From Octopus bimaculoides (Eukaryota): a stretch of 64,000 bases of DNA. Each line of letters begins with the position of its first letter. Within the stretch, counting starts at the first letter, position 1. Below, piece by piece: positions 1 to 13,046 of the stretch. The stretch covers positions 25,707,354-25,771,353 of the forward strand of contig NC_068990.1 in NCBI RefSeq assembly GCF_001194135.2, given 5' to 3'. The position numbers were made by a program, and so were the translations under genes. The notes below the pieces were generated by a model. It made no database searches and had not been told where the DNA came from. It worked only from the letters and a program-made list of their open reading frames with translations.

Positions 1-475
1 TTTAACAATCTCATTTATAGAACTCGACATATTCAGATACAGATATACAGATAAATAGATATATGAGGTTAAAATGTTGAACTAGGTTACTATGCAACAT
101 GTCAGAAGGTGAAAGTTATTGCCAAATATTTTCTCACATCGCATCAAGCAAAGCATATTTCCTCCATCTTAACCTTCCTTACAACTAAATATGTAAACTA
201 TATTTAGTGTGTATTATTAATTGACTTACCTGCAAGGTTTGGTGGTGTTTAGCCCCAGGTTATTTCTAATTGATCAGCTCTGTCATGAAGGCTGTGCCTG
301 CTGTGTCTATTCCCCATCTTTTATTCAGACATTGTGTATCTGGGACTGCATTACCTAATGTGTCCCTTCTACTGTTTATGTATTTATTTGAGGAGAAGTT
401 GTGGGTTTGAGGGAGATTTTAGGCTGCTATTTTTAACAGGTCAAGTAACCACATAGGATTTCCATGTTCACACGC

Positions 476-518
<43 letters not shown>

Positions 519-528
519 NNNNNNNNNN

Positions 529-569
<41 letters not shown>

Positions 570-1348
570 CGCGTGTGGTGCATATTTGAACCCAGTTCAT
601 TGTGTTCATTTTCCTGTTAGAAAATGCCTCCCCATCGCCACTCAGCTGTAGAAACATTTAAATACTTCTATATTGAGCAGGTCATGTAACCACATGAAAA
701 CTCTCTCACTGGTTCTTCGTGTTGTTTGATGCCTCTATGCAGTTGCTTGTCTGGTTAAAAATAGCAGTCAAATATCACCCTCTCACACTTGAGTCTGCCA
801 TCTTAAAAGTGGTTGAGTATATTGCATAACTTCTGGACATACCAGAAAAATAAATGGAATGGTCATGACTACACTGGTGTTCAGATGTTAAAGAGTCCTC
901 ACAGAAAGTCATAGAAACTTTCTGTGATGACTCCTTATGTTTCTGTTGAGTCCCAGGAGTCACACTGAACACTATGGACATAACCTCTTTCTTCAGAGCA
1001 AACTAATAAAAAAAAAAAGGGCCACCATTCACTGCCTTCATTTCTATCCATCTGTTATTCTCCTTTCACACTCACAAACTTACCTCCTCGTTCACTCTGT
1101 CTAGTTCTCTGAACCACTACGTATCTTCACTTTCCTGTAACTTGAGGGTAGGCCCTGCTACCTCTTCACCACCTTTCCTCTTTTTCCAACTGGGTTAGCC
1201 ATGCATCCCCTCTACAGCAAGACACCTCTTCCTGTCCCTCTATCATACTTCTCAACATCTGGCACAATGCCACCTCCTTTCAGTACTACTTCCCCTGCCT
1301 TCAATTGAGGGGTCTTATTTTCCGTGACCTCTAGCTGGATAGTTATTT

Positions 1349-1389
1349 TGTGCTGATGAAGGGAAATAACCCAGAAATCACGATACACA
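1349..1389 (+). ncRNA. Minimal type I hammerhead ribozyme motif (PLE-type)
   Basis: TGTG-CTGATGA-A-GGG aaataa CCC-A-GAAA-T cacg ATA-CACA: stem I TGTG/CACA, 3-bp stem II, 2-bp stem III, AUA triplet. Confidence 0.65.
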
Positions 1390-2231
1390 GATATTGTTTT
1401 GAGCTGAGTGGGGGTGCTAGATTCCCTTGTTTGAAAATATAAGGACACAGAGCGTGTCATACAGCCAGCTGGAGACAGTGTCTCCTGGGGCTAAATTACA
1501 GTAACATTTGTCCTAAACCAGGACTGCCATGTTATGTTGGTAAACAATCTTTACTCCAAAGTACTGTTGCTGAATATCTCATGTTGTGAGATTTACAAAT
1601 AGTAATTTTCAGGAATTTTTTATTACAGACCCAGGGATAGCTTCATGTGGGTTGGTATGAAAAGATTTAAACTGCATCTTATAGTTAAGGTGTTTTTGAG
1701 AGTATGAAGTTAGTCCTCAGTCACTGTTACTTCTCAATTTATTCTTGCCCAGAGTTGTAGTATCTGTCAAGGGTCCCACTTATGAGTTAAATAGCAGAAG
1801 GTGGTCTTGTGGCTAAGCTATACAGGACTTGGGGGGAGGAGTGGCCTTTAGCCATGTGTCATACAAAACTACCAATGCATGGCCATGCTCTGATGTCATG
1901 TCAACCAGCCCCCTCCTGTTGTGTAAGGGTTAAATTGACACACCACCTCTGTGCCTTGAGAGTAAGCTTGTGGGGAGAGCAGGAGACTAGCAGACTAGAC
2001 TGTAAATAAATCAGCAGAAGGCAACAGGAAATGCTGCTCAATAAAAATTGTGAATCATCAGACTTTGACAAGGAGGTCCATGATTGCTGATGCCATTCAG
2101 GGCTGGCACATGAAGAGGAGAGAATATGATTCATTGAACAAAGTAAACAAATGTTTTTTACATTATTTTTTCCCTAAGTTTTTAACTGTGAAACATTGTT
2201 TCATTTAACTCACAAGTGCTGTAGGCCATTT

Positions 2232-2590
2232 ATCATCATCATCATCACAGTTTAACGTCCGTTTTCGATGTTGGCATGGGTTGAACGGTGTGACTGAGGA
2301 CTGGCAAGCCAGGAGGTTGCACCAGGCTCCAGTCTGATCTGGCAATGTTTCTACAGCTGGATGCCCTTCGTAAGCCAACTACTCTGAGAGTGTAGTGGGT
2401 GCTTTTTACATGCCACTGGTATGGGAGCCAGTCAGGCAGCACTTGGCATCAATCACATTTGGATAGTACTTTTCATGTGCCACCGGTACGGGAGCCAGTC
2501 CGGGTGTACTGGCATTGGCCATGTTCAGATGATGCTTTTTACGTGCCACCAGCAACGGAGTCACTCAGGTGGTCCTGACATCGACCACCT
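2232..2590 (-). mobile_element. RTE LINE 3' UTR copy
   Basis: Same CAT-tailed family; further copies at ~4210, 6290, 14005, 15610, 18440, 24505, 25920, 27895, 29700, 33400, 35915, 39590, 47760, 48040, 59140. Confidence 0.75.
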
Positions 2591-3575
2591 TTTTATTTAA
2601 TCTGCAATGCATGCACCACAGGCAAAAACACTAGGATTCCATTGTATCTTATCCTTTACTTGTTCCAGTCATTAGACTGTGGCCATGCTGGGGCACCGCC
2701 TTGAAGAATATCTTATATTTTCTTTTTAAGCCTGGTACTTATTCTATCAGTTTCTATTGCTGACTTGCTAAGTTATGGGGATGTAAACGTATCAACATCA
2801 GTTGTCAAGTGGTGGTGGGACACACACACTCTTATATATGTATGTATGTATGTGTGTGTGTGTGTATATATATGCAAACCCACACACAATATGAGCTTCT
2901 TTGAGTTTTTGTCTACTGAATCCACTTACAAGACTTTGGTCAGCCTGACATTATAGTAGAAGACACTTGCTTGAGGTTCCATGAGGTGGGACCGAACTTG
3001 GAACCATGTGGTTGAGAAACAAACTTCATACCACATGGTCACGCCTGCATCTCTATGAGGAAAATTTGGCTGCTATTTCTAGTAGGTTTAGTGGTTACAT
3101 GGAAACACTTTTGTTGGTTCTCTGTATTTGCATTTTGTGGTGTTGAAGATGCATGTGATGGGAGGTGGGTGGGGGTTTATGTGTGTGGTGCACACAACGT
3201 CTGTGATGGTTTGTTTTGGCAATGTTTTGTGCAGTCAATGTTGCATGTTGATATTGATTGTGCATCTGGCGACGATGCATAATGCAGCGTTTGCATTGAT
3301 TATGCAGTATTTATATTTGTTTGAAATGACAGGGAAGCGTATTGTCTGTATATATCTCTCACTGTGCATCGTGGGAATATTTTGCGATGTTGTAATTCAC
3401 TCATGGTGTTTTTGTGTGTTTTACACCTTGTGTCGATTAGAAAGGTGTGACAGATTTAAAGTTGCACAATATGTTCCTGGCTTTTTGTTGGGGGTTTCTA
3501 TGTGCATGCATGCATGCGCGCGCGCGCGCGCGCACGCACGCGTGTGTGTATACACGCACACATATGAACGCCTAA

Positions 3576-3618
<43 letters not shown>

Positions 3619-4637
3619 ACATGCTATATATGTATATAAACATACCTGTTTTATCTCTTTACTCCACTCCTGCAACCTACCCAAACACCTCATATTTCTC
3701 TCTTGCTATCTGTCTGTCTCTCTTTTGCTATCTGTCTCTCTCTCTCTCTCTCTCTCTCCTTCTCCTGTCAACAATATTGTTACCATCATACTGCTAATAT
3801 CTCCCTAACCTCATCATCTCTTGCACCTCCTCCCCTCAATCCTCACAGACATTGCCTATTTCCCTCTCCCACTTCTATCTGTCTCTCCCCACCACTGTTG
3901 CTCCTGCCACCTGGATACTTCATCACCACTGTTTATTATTTCATAGAATGGGATATTATTACCTCATCTGGAAACAAGTAAGCGGTGTTGACCACAAGAA
4001 GGGCATCCAGCCATAGAAATCTCTGCTCCATCATACTCTTGTCTTTCCCCCATCTCATCACCTTCATCCTCTCTTCTAAAATGTGCAAAACCATGTCGCT
4101 CCCCTGCAGCAAGATGTCTGTTCTACTCTCATTCTTGAACACCTCCTCTCCTAGCATAAAACTGTCTGTTTTGGGGTTCATAATCTTGGAAGCTACTTGG
4201 TAACCTCCCAAGTACTGGTGCCACTTAAAAAGCACCCACTACACTCTGTAAAGTAGTTGGTGTTAGGAAGGGCATCCAGCTGTAGAAACCAAAGTAGACA
4301 ATGTGGCATGAGGCAGTCTTTGGGCCAGTTGGATCCTGTAAAACTTTGTTACCCATGCCAGCATGAAAAATGGACATAAAACGATAATAAACTTTCTGGT
4401 TGTTCATTGAAGATGTATAAAATACACCAGCACAAGCTGTTTCTAAATGCATGTATAAATGAAGATGTTTAGCCCTTGGTCAGCTTTGACAGTGTAGACT
4501 TTATGTTCAAAAGTATTCAAGCAGTTACGATCCCATCTTTTCCATTTTTTTTTTCACCCCAAACATAGTCTATCTTGGATTATATATCAAAATATACCCA
4601 TTTAAAAAAAAATATATATAATAATAATAATCATAAT

Positions 4638-4809
4638 AGGTGCAGGATTAGCTGTGTGGTAAGTAGCTTGCTTACCAACCACATGGTTCCAGGTTCAGTC
4701 CCACTGCGTGGCACCTTGGGCAAGTGTCTTCTACTATAGCCTCGGGCCGACCAAAACCTTGTGAGTGGATTTGGTAGACGGAAACTGAAAGAAGCCCATC
4801 GTATATATG

Positions 4810-4840
<31 letters not shown>

Positions 4841-5050
4841 ATATGTTTGTGTGTCTGTGATTGTCCCCTCAACATCGCTTGACAACTGATGCTGGTGTGT
4901 TTACGTCCCCGTAACTTAGCGGTTCAGCAAAAGAGACCAATAGAATAAGTACTAGGCTTACAAAGAATAAGTCCTGGGGTCGATTTGCTTGAGTAAAGGC
5001 GGTGCTCCAGCATGGCCACAGTCAAATGACTGAAACCAGCAAAAGAGTAT
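4638..5050 (+). mobile_element. tRNA-derived SINE, family 1 (near full length, internal (TA)/(TG) tract)
   Basis: A-box-like TAGCTGTGTGG (4649-4659), B-box GGTTCAGTCC (4692-4701), gcaccttgggcaagtg core, 3' part ending cagcatggccacagtcaaatgactgaaac. Other copies at ~2650(-), 8058(+), 9625(-), 11850(-), 41670(-), 46420(+), 51860(+), 53825-54730(-), 54797(+), 63004(-). Confidence 0.85.
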
Positions 5051-7020
5051 AATAATAATTTAGATTTAGATTTTAAGGATAATAGGCTTCTATCTCAAGC
5101 AGATTAAGTGGCGATATATAACACCCGCTTCGTGTTAGTTCATGTAGTTATTTGTTGCGTGTGTTCTGTATTTGTTGAAGATGATGATTTAAGGACTTGA
5201 ACATAATTAATTGATTGTGACAAAATTAATTTGCAGTTGTTGTTGTTGTTGTTGGATAGCCTCCTACTCAATTCGGATTATATGTTGCATCATTGCTGGT
5301 ATATGTTACTAATGTATATATGTGTGTATATGCATGCAAAGACATCATCATTTTTAATGTCCACTTTTCTATGCTCACATGAGTGGAATGGAATTTGTTG
5401 AGATAAATTTCCTATGGCAAGATGCCCTTCCTGTCACCAACCCTCACCTGTTTCCAAGCAAGGTAATATTTCCCCAAGACCAGACATCTTTCCAGAATAT
5501 TGGAAATGAAGCACTTACAGCTAACATGATATCAAGGCAAAGAAACTATAACAAACACACATGCACCTACATATATGATGGGCTTCTCTCAGTTTCCACC
5601 TACCAAATGCACTTAGAAGGCTTTGGTCAGTGCAGGGTTATGATAGAAAACACTTGTCTTAGGTGCCCTGCAGCAGGACTGAACCTAGAACCAAATGGTT
5701 GGGAGACAAGCTTTTTTATCAGTCAGCTACACATGTGCTTGCACACACACATGTATGTATATATCTATATATATGATTGACCACTAAATCCACAAGTTTT
5801 TTATTTATTATCTCTCTGTTAATTTCCTTGTGTCCCTTTCCGTTGAAGAGCGTAGACTTGAAACATAAAAGACTTTCTTACCTTCCCGAGCGTCAAATTA
5901 ATACACCTGCTTATTGTTTATACACCTGTCTTTGTCTTTTGTTTTTCTGTAAATTTCAGCTATATATATATATATATATCTGTCTGTCTGTCTGTCTGTC
6001 CCTAAATGGTCAAGCAGAGGTGGCGAACATGAACATACCATTTTGTCTGTAACGTATTGTAATAACATATCCTGTTTTAGTGTTTGGGTCTGTTTTAGTG
6101 TATTATCTAAATCAGTTGTGTTGAATTAACTCTGGTGACATTTAGAATGAGCACAATAGTTCTCAGAACGGGTACCTGTAGGAAAATGCTTGCAGGAAGG
6201 TAATTCAAAAGAATCATTTCCTGGTTGGGAAGGTAGCCTTTTGTGATCATATTTCTGTAAAAGCACCCTTTTGTGATCATATTTCTGTAAAAGCACCCAC
6301 TACACTCTTGGAGTGGTTGGCTTTAGGAAGGGCATCCAGCTGTAGAAACCCTGCCAAATCAGATTGGAGCCTGGTGTAGCCATCTGGTTCGCCAGTCCTC
6401 AGTCAAATCGGCCAACCCATGCTAGCATGGAAAGCGGACGTTAAACAATGATGATGATGTTGTAATATGCTGCCTTTGCTTCAATTTATTTTGAACTCAA
6501 GGAAGACGTTAGTAAAATAACTTTGTCATTGAGCTGGTGTTTGGAACATAAACCAACAGGTTTAAAAAGGAATTTTAATGGGAGATTTTAGAGTAGATCA
6601 CTTCAAAACGGGAAGTTTGTATTATGGAACCAAAGGCTGTCTTAGATAGAGGTTGGTTTTTGAAAGGGTTAACGGCTACACAACCTTAATAAAAATGAAA
6701 CAACATTCATTTTAGCATTAACCAGGTGCATCTTAAAGCAAACATCGAGTTGCTGTTAAACCAGATTTTGTTGGAAAATAAAAAGAAAGAAAAAGTGTTT
6801 TCTATGAATATAATGGTGAAATAAAGCTGAAAGAGTGTGACTTAAGAGATGACAGGAGACTATTTAAGCTGCGTGAGTGATTCACAACAGATTACCAACA
6901 GATTATTAAGAAGTTAAGCTTGGAATTTGAAGGGAGTTATGGCTTTTTAGCTTGGCTAAGAAATAATAATAATGTAAGTTGGAGATCACATTAGTCTCTA
7001 TAAAATAGTTGCTGCTGCTG

Positions 7021-7078
<58 letters not shown>

Positions 7079-8408
7079 TATTATTCAAGCTGGCAGAATT
7101 GTTAGAACATAAAGGCAGACAAAATGCCACGAAGCATTCTGCCCGACATGCTGAGTTCAAATTCTGCTGAGGTCGACTTTGCCTTTCATCCTTTTGGAGT
7201 CAGTGAAATACATACCAGCTGAGAATTGGGGTCAATGTAATCAACTTATGCCCCCCACCCCTAAATTTCAGGCCTTGTGCCTTTAATAAAAGGGATTATT
7301 ATTATTATTATCTGAAATGCTCATTGTGAAGGCTAAAACAAAATGAGGTAAAACACACACACCCACAATGGAAACTGATTGTCATCTGCTTGTGGGTCCA
7401 CCAACTTAAGGGATGTTGCCCTTAGGAATCAGCTAATTGCTGTCTCCTGCGTTTTGGGTTTCTTTTCTCTCCAATNNNNNNNNNNNNNNNNNNNNNNNNN
7501 NNNNNNNNNNNNNNNNNNNNNNNNNNNNNNNNNNNNNNNNNNNNNNNNNNNNNNNNNNNNNNNNNNNNNNNNNNNNNNNNNNNNNNNNNNNNNNNNNNNN
7601 NNNNNNNNNNNNNNNNNNNNNNNNNNNNNNNNNNNNNNNNNNNNNNNNNNNNNNNNNNNNNNNNNNNNNNNNNNNNNNNNNNNNNNNNNNNNNNNNNNNN
7701 NNNNNNNNNNNNNNNNNNNNNNNNNNNNNNNNNNNNNNNNNNNNNNNNNNNNNNNNNNNNNNNNNNNNNNNNNNNNNNNNNNNNNNNNNNNNNNNNNNNN
7801 NNNNNNNNNNNNNNNNNNNNNNNNNNNNNNNNNNNNNNNNNNNNNNNNNNNNNNNNNNNNNNNNNNNNNNNNNNNNNNNNNNNNNNNNNNNNNNNNNNNN
7901 NNNNATTAATGTTTGTTTTTATGTTCAGTTAAGAACAATTTTACATTAATCTGATGGATTACTTTATATTTTTGTAGAGTACAAATTTCTTATTCTTTAA
8001 CAAGAATAGTGTTGACGGTGACTTTGAAGTTTTGACCAGCTAAGTCATCATTGGACTGTGTGGTAAGAAGTTTGCTTCCTAACCACATGGTTCAGGGTTC
8101 TGTTCCACTGCATGGCTCCTTGAGAGCAAATGTCTTATAACCTCAGAACAACCAAAGCCTTGTGAGTGGATTTGGTAGACAGAAACTAAAAGAAGCCTGC
8201 CATATGTATATATATTTTGTGTGCGTATGTTTTGTTCTCTACTGCTCGACAACTGGTGTTGGTGTGTTAATGTCGCCATAACTTAGCAGTTCATCAAAAG
8301 GAACTAAAATAAATATAGTGTTGATTCACTCTACTAAAAATTCTTCAAGGTGTTGTCTGAGCAAGGCCACTGTCTAATGGCTAAAACAAATAAAAGATAG
8401 CTGATATC

Positions 8409-8897
8409 TTGAGTATTGAGGCGATGGTGCACAAGTACCAGTTATGTTGGACTGGACACCTTATTAGAATGAAGGAGAGCAGGATCCCTAAGCAGATTCT
8501 ATATGGGGAACTTGTGAATAGAAAGAGACCCTCGCAGAAACCAAGGCTACGATTTAAGGACTGTGTCAAGTCCTCATTAAAGGCCTGTGATATGCAGGAC
8601 ACTGACTAGGAGAACAATGCCTGTCATCGCCACAGATGGAGGAAGCAGGTTAAGGAGGGGGTCAACACCTTTGAGAGAGCACGTATTCTGCATGAAGAAC
8701 TTAAGCATGCTGCTCGAAAGCGCACTGCTGGTGTAGTGAATGGGAAAAGCTTGGTTTGCAATGTTTGCAGTCGTGTATGCTTGTCAAGAGCAGGGCTCAT
8801 TAGCCACCAACGGAGCCGTAAATGCAAAATATAAGTCCTAGAGCGCACAATGTTCCTGAAGGTCAGCAATGGCCTTCCTCAGTCACAAGTGGATGGC
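8409..8897 (+). mobile_element. RTE-clade LINE, ORF2 C-terminal remnant (one in-frame stop)
   Basis: 8409-8834 in one frame: SIEAMVHKYQLCWTGHLIRMKESRIPKQILYGEL..KPRLRFKDCVK..*..WRKQVKEG..CNVCSRVCLSRAGLISHQR, the typical RTE post-RT region with terminal CxxC..H. Confidence 0.9.
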
Positions 8898-9546
8898 NNN
8901 NNNNNNNNNNNNNNNNNNNNNNNNNNNNNNNNNNNNNNNNNNNNNNNNNNNNNNNNNNNNNNNNNNNNNNNNNNNNNNNNNNNNNNNNNNNNNNNNNNNN
9001 NNNNNNNNNNNNNNNNNNNNNNNNNNNNNNNNNNNNNNNNNNNNNNNNNNNNNNNNNNNNNNNNNNNNNNNNNNNNNNNNNNNNNNNNNNNNNNNNNNNN
9101 NNNNNNNNNNNNNNNNNNNNNNNNNNNNNNNNNNNNNNNNNNNNNNNNNNNNNNNNNNNNNNNNNNNNNNNNNNNNNNNNNNNNNNNNNNNNNNNNNNNN
9201 NNNNNNNNNNNNNNNNNNNNNNNNNNNNNNNNNNNNNNNNNNNNNNNNNNNNNNNNNNNNNNNNNNNNNNNNNNNNNNNNNNNNNNNNNNNNNNNNNNNN
9301 NNNNNNNNNNNNNNNNNNNNNNNNNNNNNNNNNNNNNNNNNNNNNNNNNNNNNNNNNNNNNNNNNNNNNNNNNNNNNNNNNNNNNNNNNNNNNNNNNNNN
9401 NNNNNNNNNNNNNNNNNNNNNNNNNNNNNNNNNNNNNNNNNNNNNNNNNNNNNNNNNNNNNNNNNNNNNNNNNNNNNNNNNNNNNNNNNNNNNNNNNNNN
9501 NNNNNNNNNNNNNNNNNNNNNNNNNNNNNNNNNNNNNNNNNNNNNN
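8898..9546. other. Assembly gap (N run)
   Basis: Other gaps: 519-528, 7476-7904, 20305-20590, 23987-24018, 35819-35910, 53965-54545, 60123-60463. Confidence 1.
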
Positions 9547-9675
9547 TAACGCCAACCACTCTGAGAGTGTAGTGGGTCCTTTTTACGTGCCACCGGCAAA
9601 ATATTAAAAAGAATGACACCACTTGTTCGACAGTGATGCTCATTTACAACCTTCAAGCAATGTCAAGACAAGGGG

Positions 9676-9723
<48 letters not shown>

Positions 9724-10779
9724 CAGGCTTCTATCAGTTTCTGTCAGTCAAATCCAGTCACAAGGCTTTGATCAACTTGAGGTTTTGGTGGAAAACACTT
9801 GCTTAGGGTGCCAAGCAGTAGGATTGAACCCAGAACCATGTGGTCGGGAAGCAAACACCTTATGAACACAGCCATGCCTGCACCTATATTTGGTCGCTAT
9901 AAGCACATCTTCTCTTCACCAAGAGTTTTGTAATCCTTATGACAGGAAGATCCACAATAAAAAAAACAAAACAAACTCTCCTGGTGCTTCGAACATGAAC
10001 GAAGCCTTAGCAACTTGAAAAAGGGGCGTTACATTGTGTATGGTAGTCCTAGATACACAAAACCTGACTGAAGGACTGGGCGGTCATCACTGGAATGCCG
10101 TTGACTGTAAGTTTGTTCAATCAGGGCTGATCTAACATCAACCACAGAAATGACTCAGCCTTCACACACACATAGCTTATCATAAGATTAGAAAGGAATG
10201 TAGCTGCTATTTTTAGCCTTACAGAAAAAGTATACAATGGAGTCCTTTGTACATGGTGCATGAAAAAAAAAAGGAAAAAGCCAGCTGGATCGTCATGGAT
10301 AGAATGTCCTTGATCATAGGCCTTCTGGATCAGGACTGTTAAGCAGCAACATAGAAACTCACCGATAGGCATGGTGGCTATGTAGTCACTCAACATGCTA
10401 GAAATAGCAGCCAAATTTCCTTAAATCGTATTTTTGAAAAGCAGTCACAAAAATTATGTAAGCTAGTGGGTATGTTATGTCTGTAAAAGATGGGATGGTC
10501 ATAGTTGGATAGGTGTGCTTAATCATAGTCAACCTAGATTAAACAAGAGTGCATCCCTTACTTCTGCCTCCTCCCACCTCCTCCATCCACCTTGCCAACA
10601 TCACCAACCACTCACACACCCCCACCCATCCTCGGACTTATGGAAGTAAAATTAATGACATCACTGGCTCTTTTTTTTCTTTTTGTCAGCTGTTTCGATG
10701 ACTTTGCTGTCTGACAACATTTACCCTCCCCCCTCTCCTCTCTCACACATTTGTATAAGTCTCTTCTCTCTATATGTGT

Positions 10780-10851
<72 letters not shown>

Positions 10852-11167
10852 GTATATATATATATGTATATGTATATATATATATGTATTGTGTGTATAT
10901 ATTAACATGTGAGTGTATATTTTTTTGTATATGTATCTATCTGTATGTGTGTGTGTATGTATATATATGTGTAGATAAGCATGCATACACACACTCACAC
11001 AATACTTCAGCTGGATAAGTTTTTTGTTTTCTTATTTGTGTGCAGACATGGCTGGAAGGTGGGGTGGTGGGGTGGTGGGTTGCTTTTGTGTTCAGACAAG
11101 TTTTGGGTGTGAGTCTGTCTAATATTTGTATTGCTTTTGCAAGCCACTGACTAACTCTCTCTGCATG

Positions 11168-11206
<39 letters not shown>

Positions 11207-11479
11207 ATGTGTGTGTGTGTTTACTTTCATTCTAAGATAAATTTGTGTGTATGCGTATGATTCAAAAGTGTGTGTGTTTTGTGTGTAAAGTTTGTATTGA
11301 CTTTGAGAAAAGTGAAGTGCATGTGTATGTATGTATGTATGTATTACATGTATATTGAGAAGAGATGCTATGTGTGAACTGGGATGTGTATAAAACGTGT
11401 GATGTATGTGTATAGAATGTAATGTGTTAATGTTTGTATTTATTTTCAGTACAGACAGCCTAGTGTGTGTGCATATTTA

Positions 11480-11837
<358 letters not shown>

Positions 11838-12232
11838 ATGTATTTACTTTTCTTTGTTCGGCCATTAGACTGCAGCCCATGCTGGGGCACTTGCCCCATT
11901 ACTTTTTTATTTCCATTTTTTTAAAAGTCTGGTACTTATTCTATCAGCCCCTTTTGCCAAACTGCAAAGTCACAATGTAAACAAACCAACACCGATTGTT
12001 GAGCAGTGGTGGATGACACACACACACACACACACGTCCATACAATGGGGCTTTTTTCAGTTTCTGTCTACCAAACCTACTCATAAGGCTTTGGTCAACC
12101 AGGGGCTATAGTAAACACTTTCCCAAGGTGCCATGCAGTGGGACTGAACCTGGAACCATATGGTTGGGAAGTAAACTTGAAGATATATATATATGTGGAT
12201 GTATATATGTGGATGTATATATGTGGATGTAT

Positions 12233-12276
<44 letters not shown>

Positions 12277-12496
12277 AGAGATAAAAAGTTGTTTTTGTTA
12301 ATTTTTTTCTCTCTATGCAAATCTTCTTAGAATGCACCAAAAACAGGTTGGTTGAAGGTCACGCACAAATGAAATCTTTTTTATTACAAATATGTGAACT
12401 AAGTGTTTACCGGAACACATTCTCGATAATAATAAAAATAGTAATAACAACAATAGTTACAATAATAATAGTTGTAGTAATGTTGCTAAAAAAATG

Positions 12497-13046
12497 GGAT
12501 CTTTTTTAAAACGGGGGCCACATTTTTCATCTACCAGTGTTCCAAGTTTCAAGGTGTCATATAAAACTTCTTTTTCTCTTAGTCTTCTTAAAAAAAAAAA
12601 AGAAATCCATAAGTTATTCCATGTTAAAGTTGTCGTATTTCTGTAATTTCAACCAATCACTGACGTCCATTCAGCCGATATACATTAAGTGCTGACTACA
12701 TAAACAAACGATTCTGAAACAATTAACCCTAACCCTAACCCTACGGTTAGGGTTAAAGCAAATTTAAAATGAAAAAAGCAAATAAAACGAAGGTATGGAG
12801 ATTAAATACGCTTTACATCGCTTAATCAGCCAAAGGAGTAAATATAAACAACTGAATACTTGTCAGTGATTGGTTGAAATCATCGAAATAAGACAATTTT
12901 TTACATGAAATAAATTCGAATACAAAAATATTTTTCTGTTCTATAACACAAAATAGATAAGTATACGAAGTTTGAAAGTCTTTCGGTACCAAAAACACTA
13001 CGTAAAACATTAATGAAAACTGTGGCCCCCGTTTTAAAATAGATCC
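12497..13046. mobile_element. 550-bp MITE, 34-bp TIRs starting GG, 8-bp TSD (Merlin-like)
   Basis: Left TIR GGATCTTTTTTAAAACGGGGGCCACATTTTTCAT; right TIR revcomp GGATCTATTTTAAAACGGGGGCCACAGTTTTCAT; AAAAAATG at 12489-12496 and 13047-13054. Confidence 0.8.

Noticed and set aside
3128-3808. 226-aa ORF and many 60-135-aa ORFs rich in YI/HT/CV/SL runs
   Set aside because: Translations of (TA)n, (CA)n, (CT)n microsatellites and SINE/LINE UTRs; no recognisable domain.
7379-9656. Long ORFs of 170-260 aa in the track (also 20239-20830, 35700-36124, 60059-60569)
   Set aside because: They are read through N gaps and are artefacts.
12723-12756. Telomere or interstitial telomeric array
   Set aside because: Only 3+2 units, internal to a MITE.
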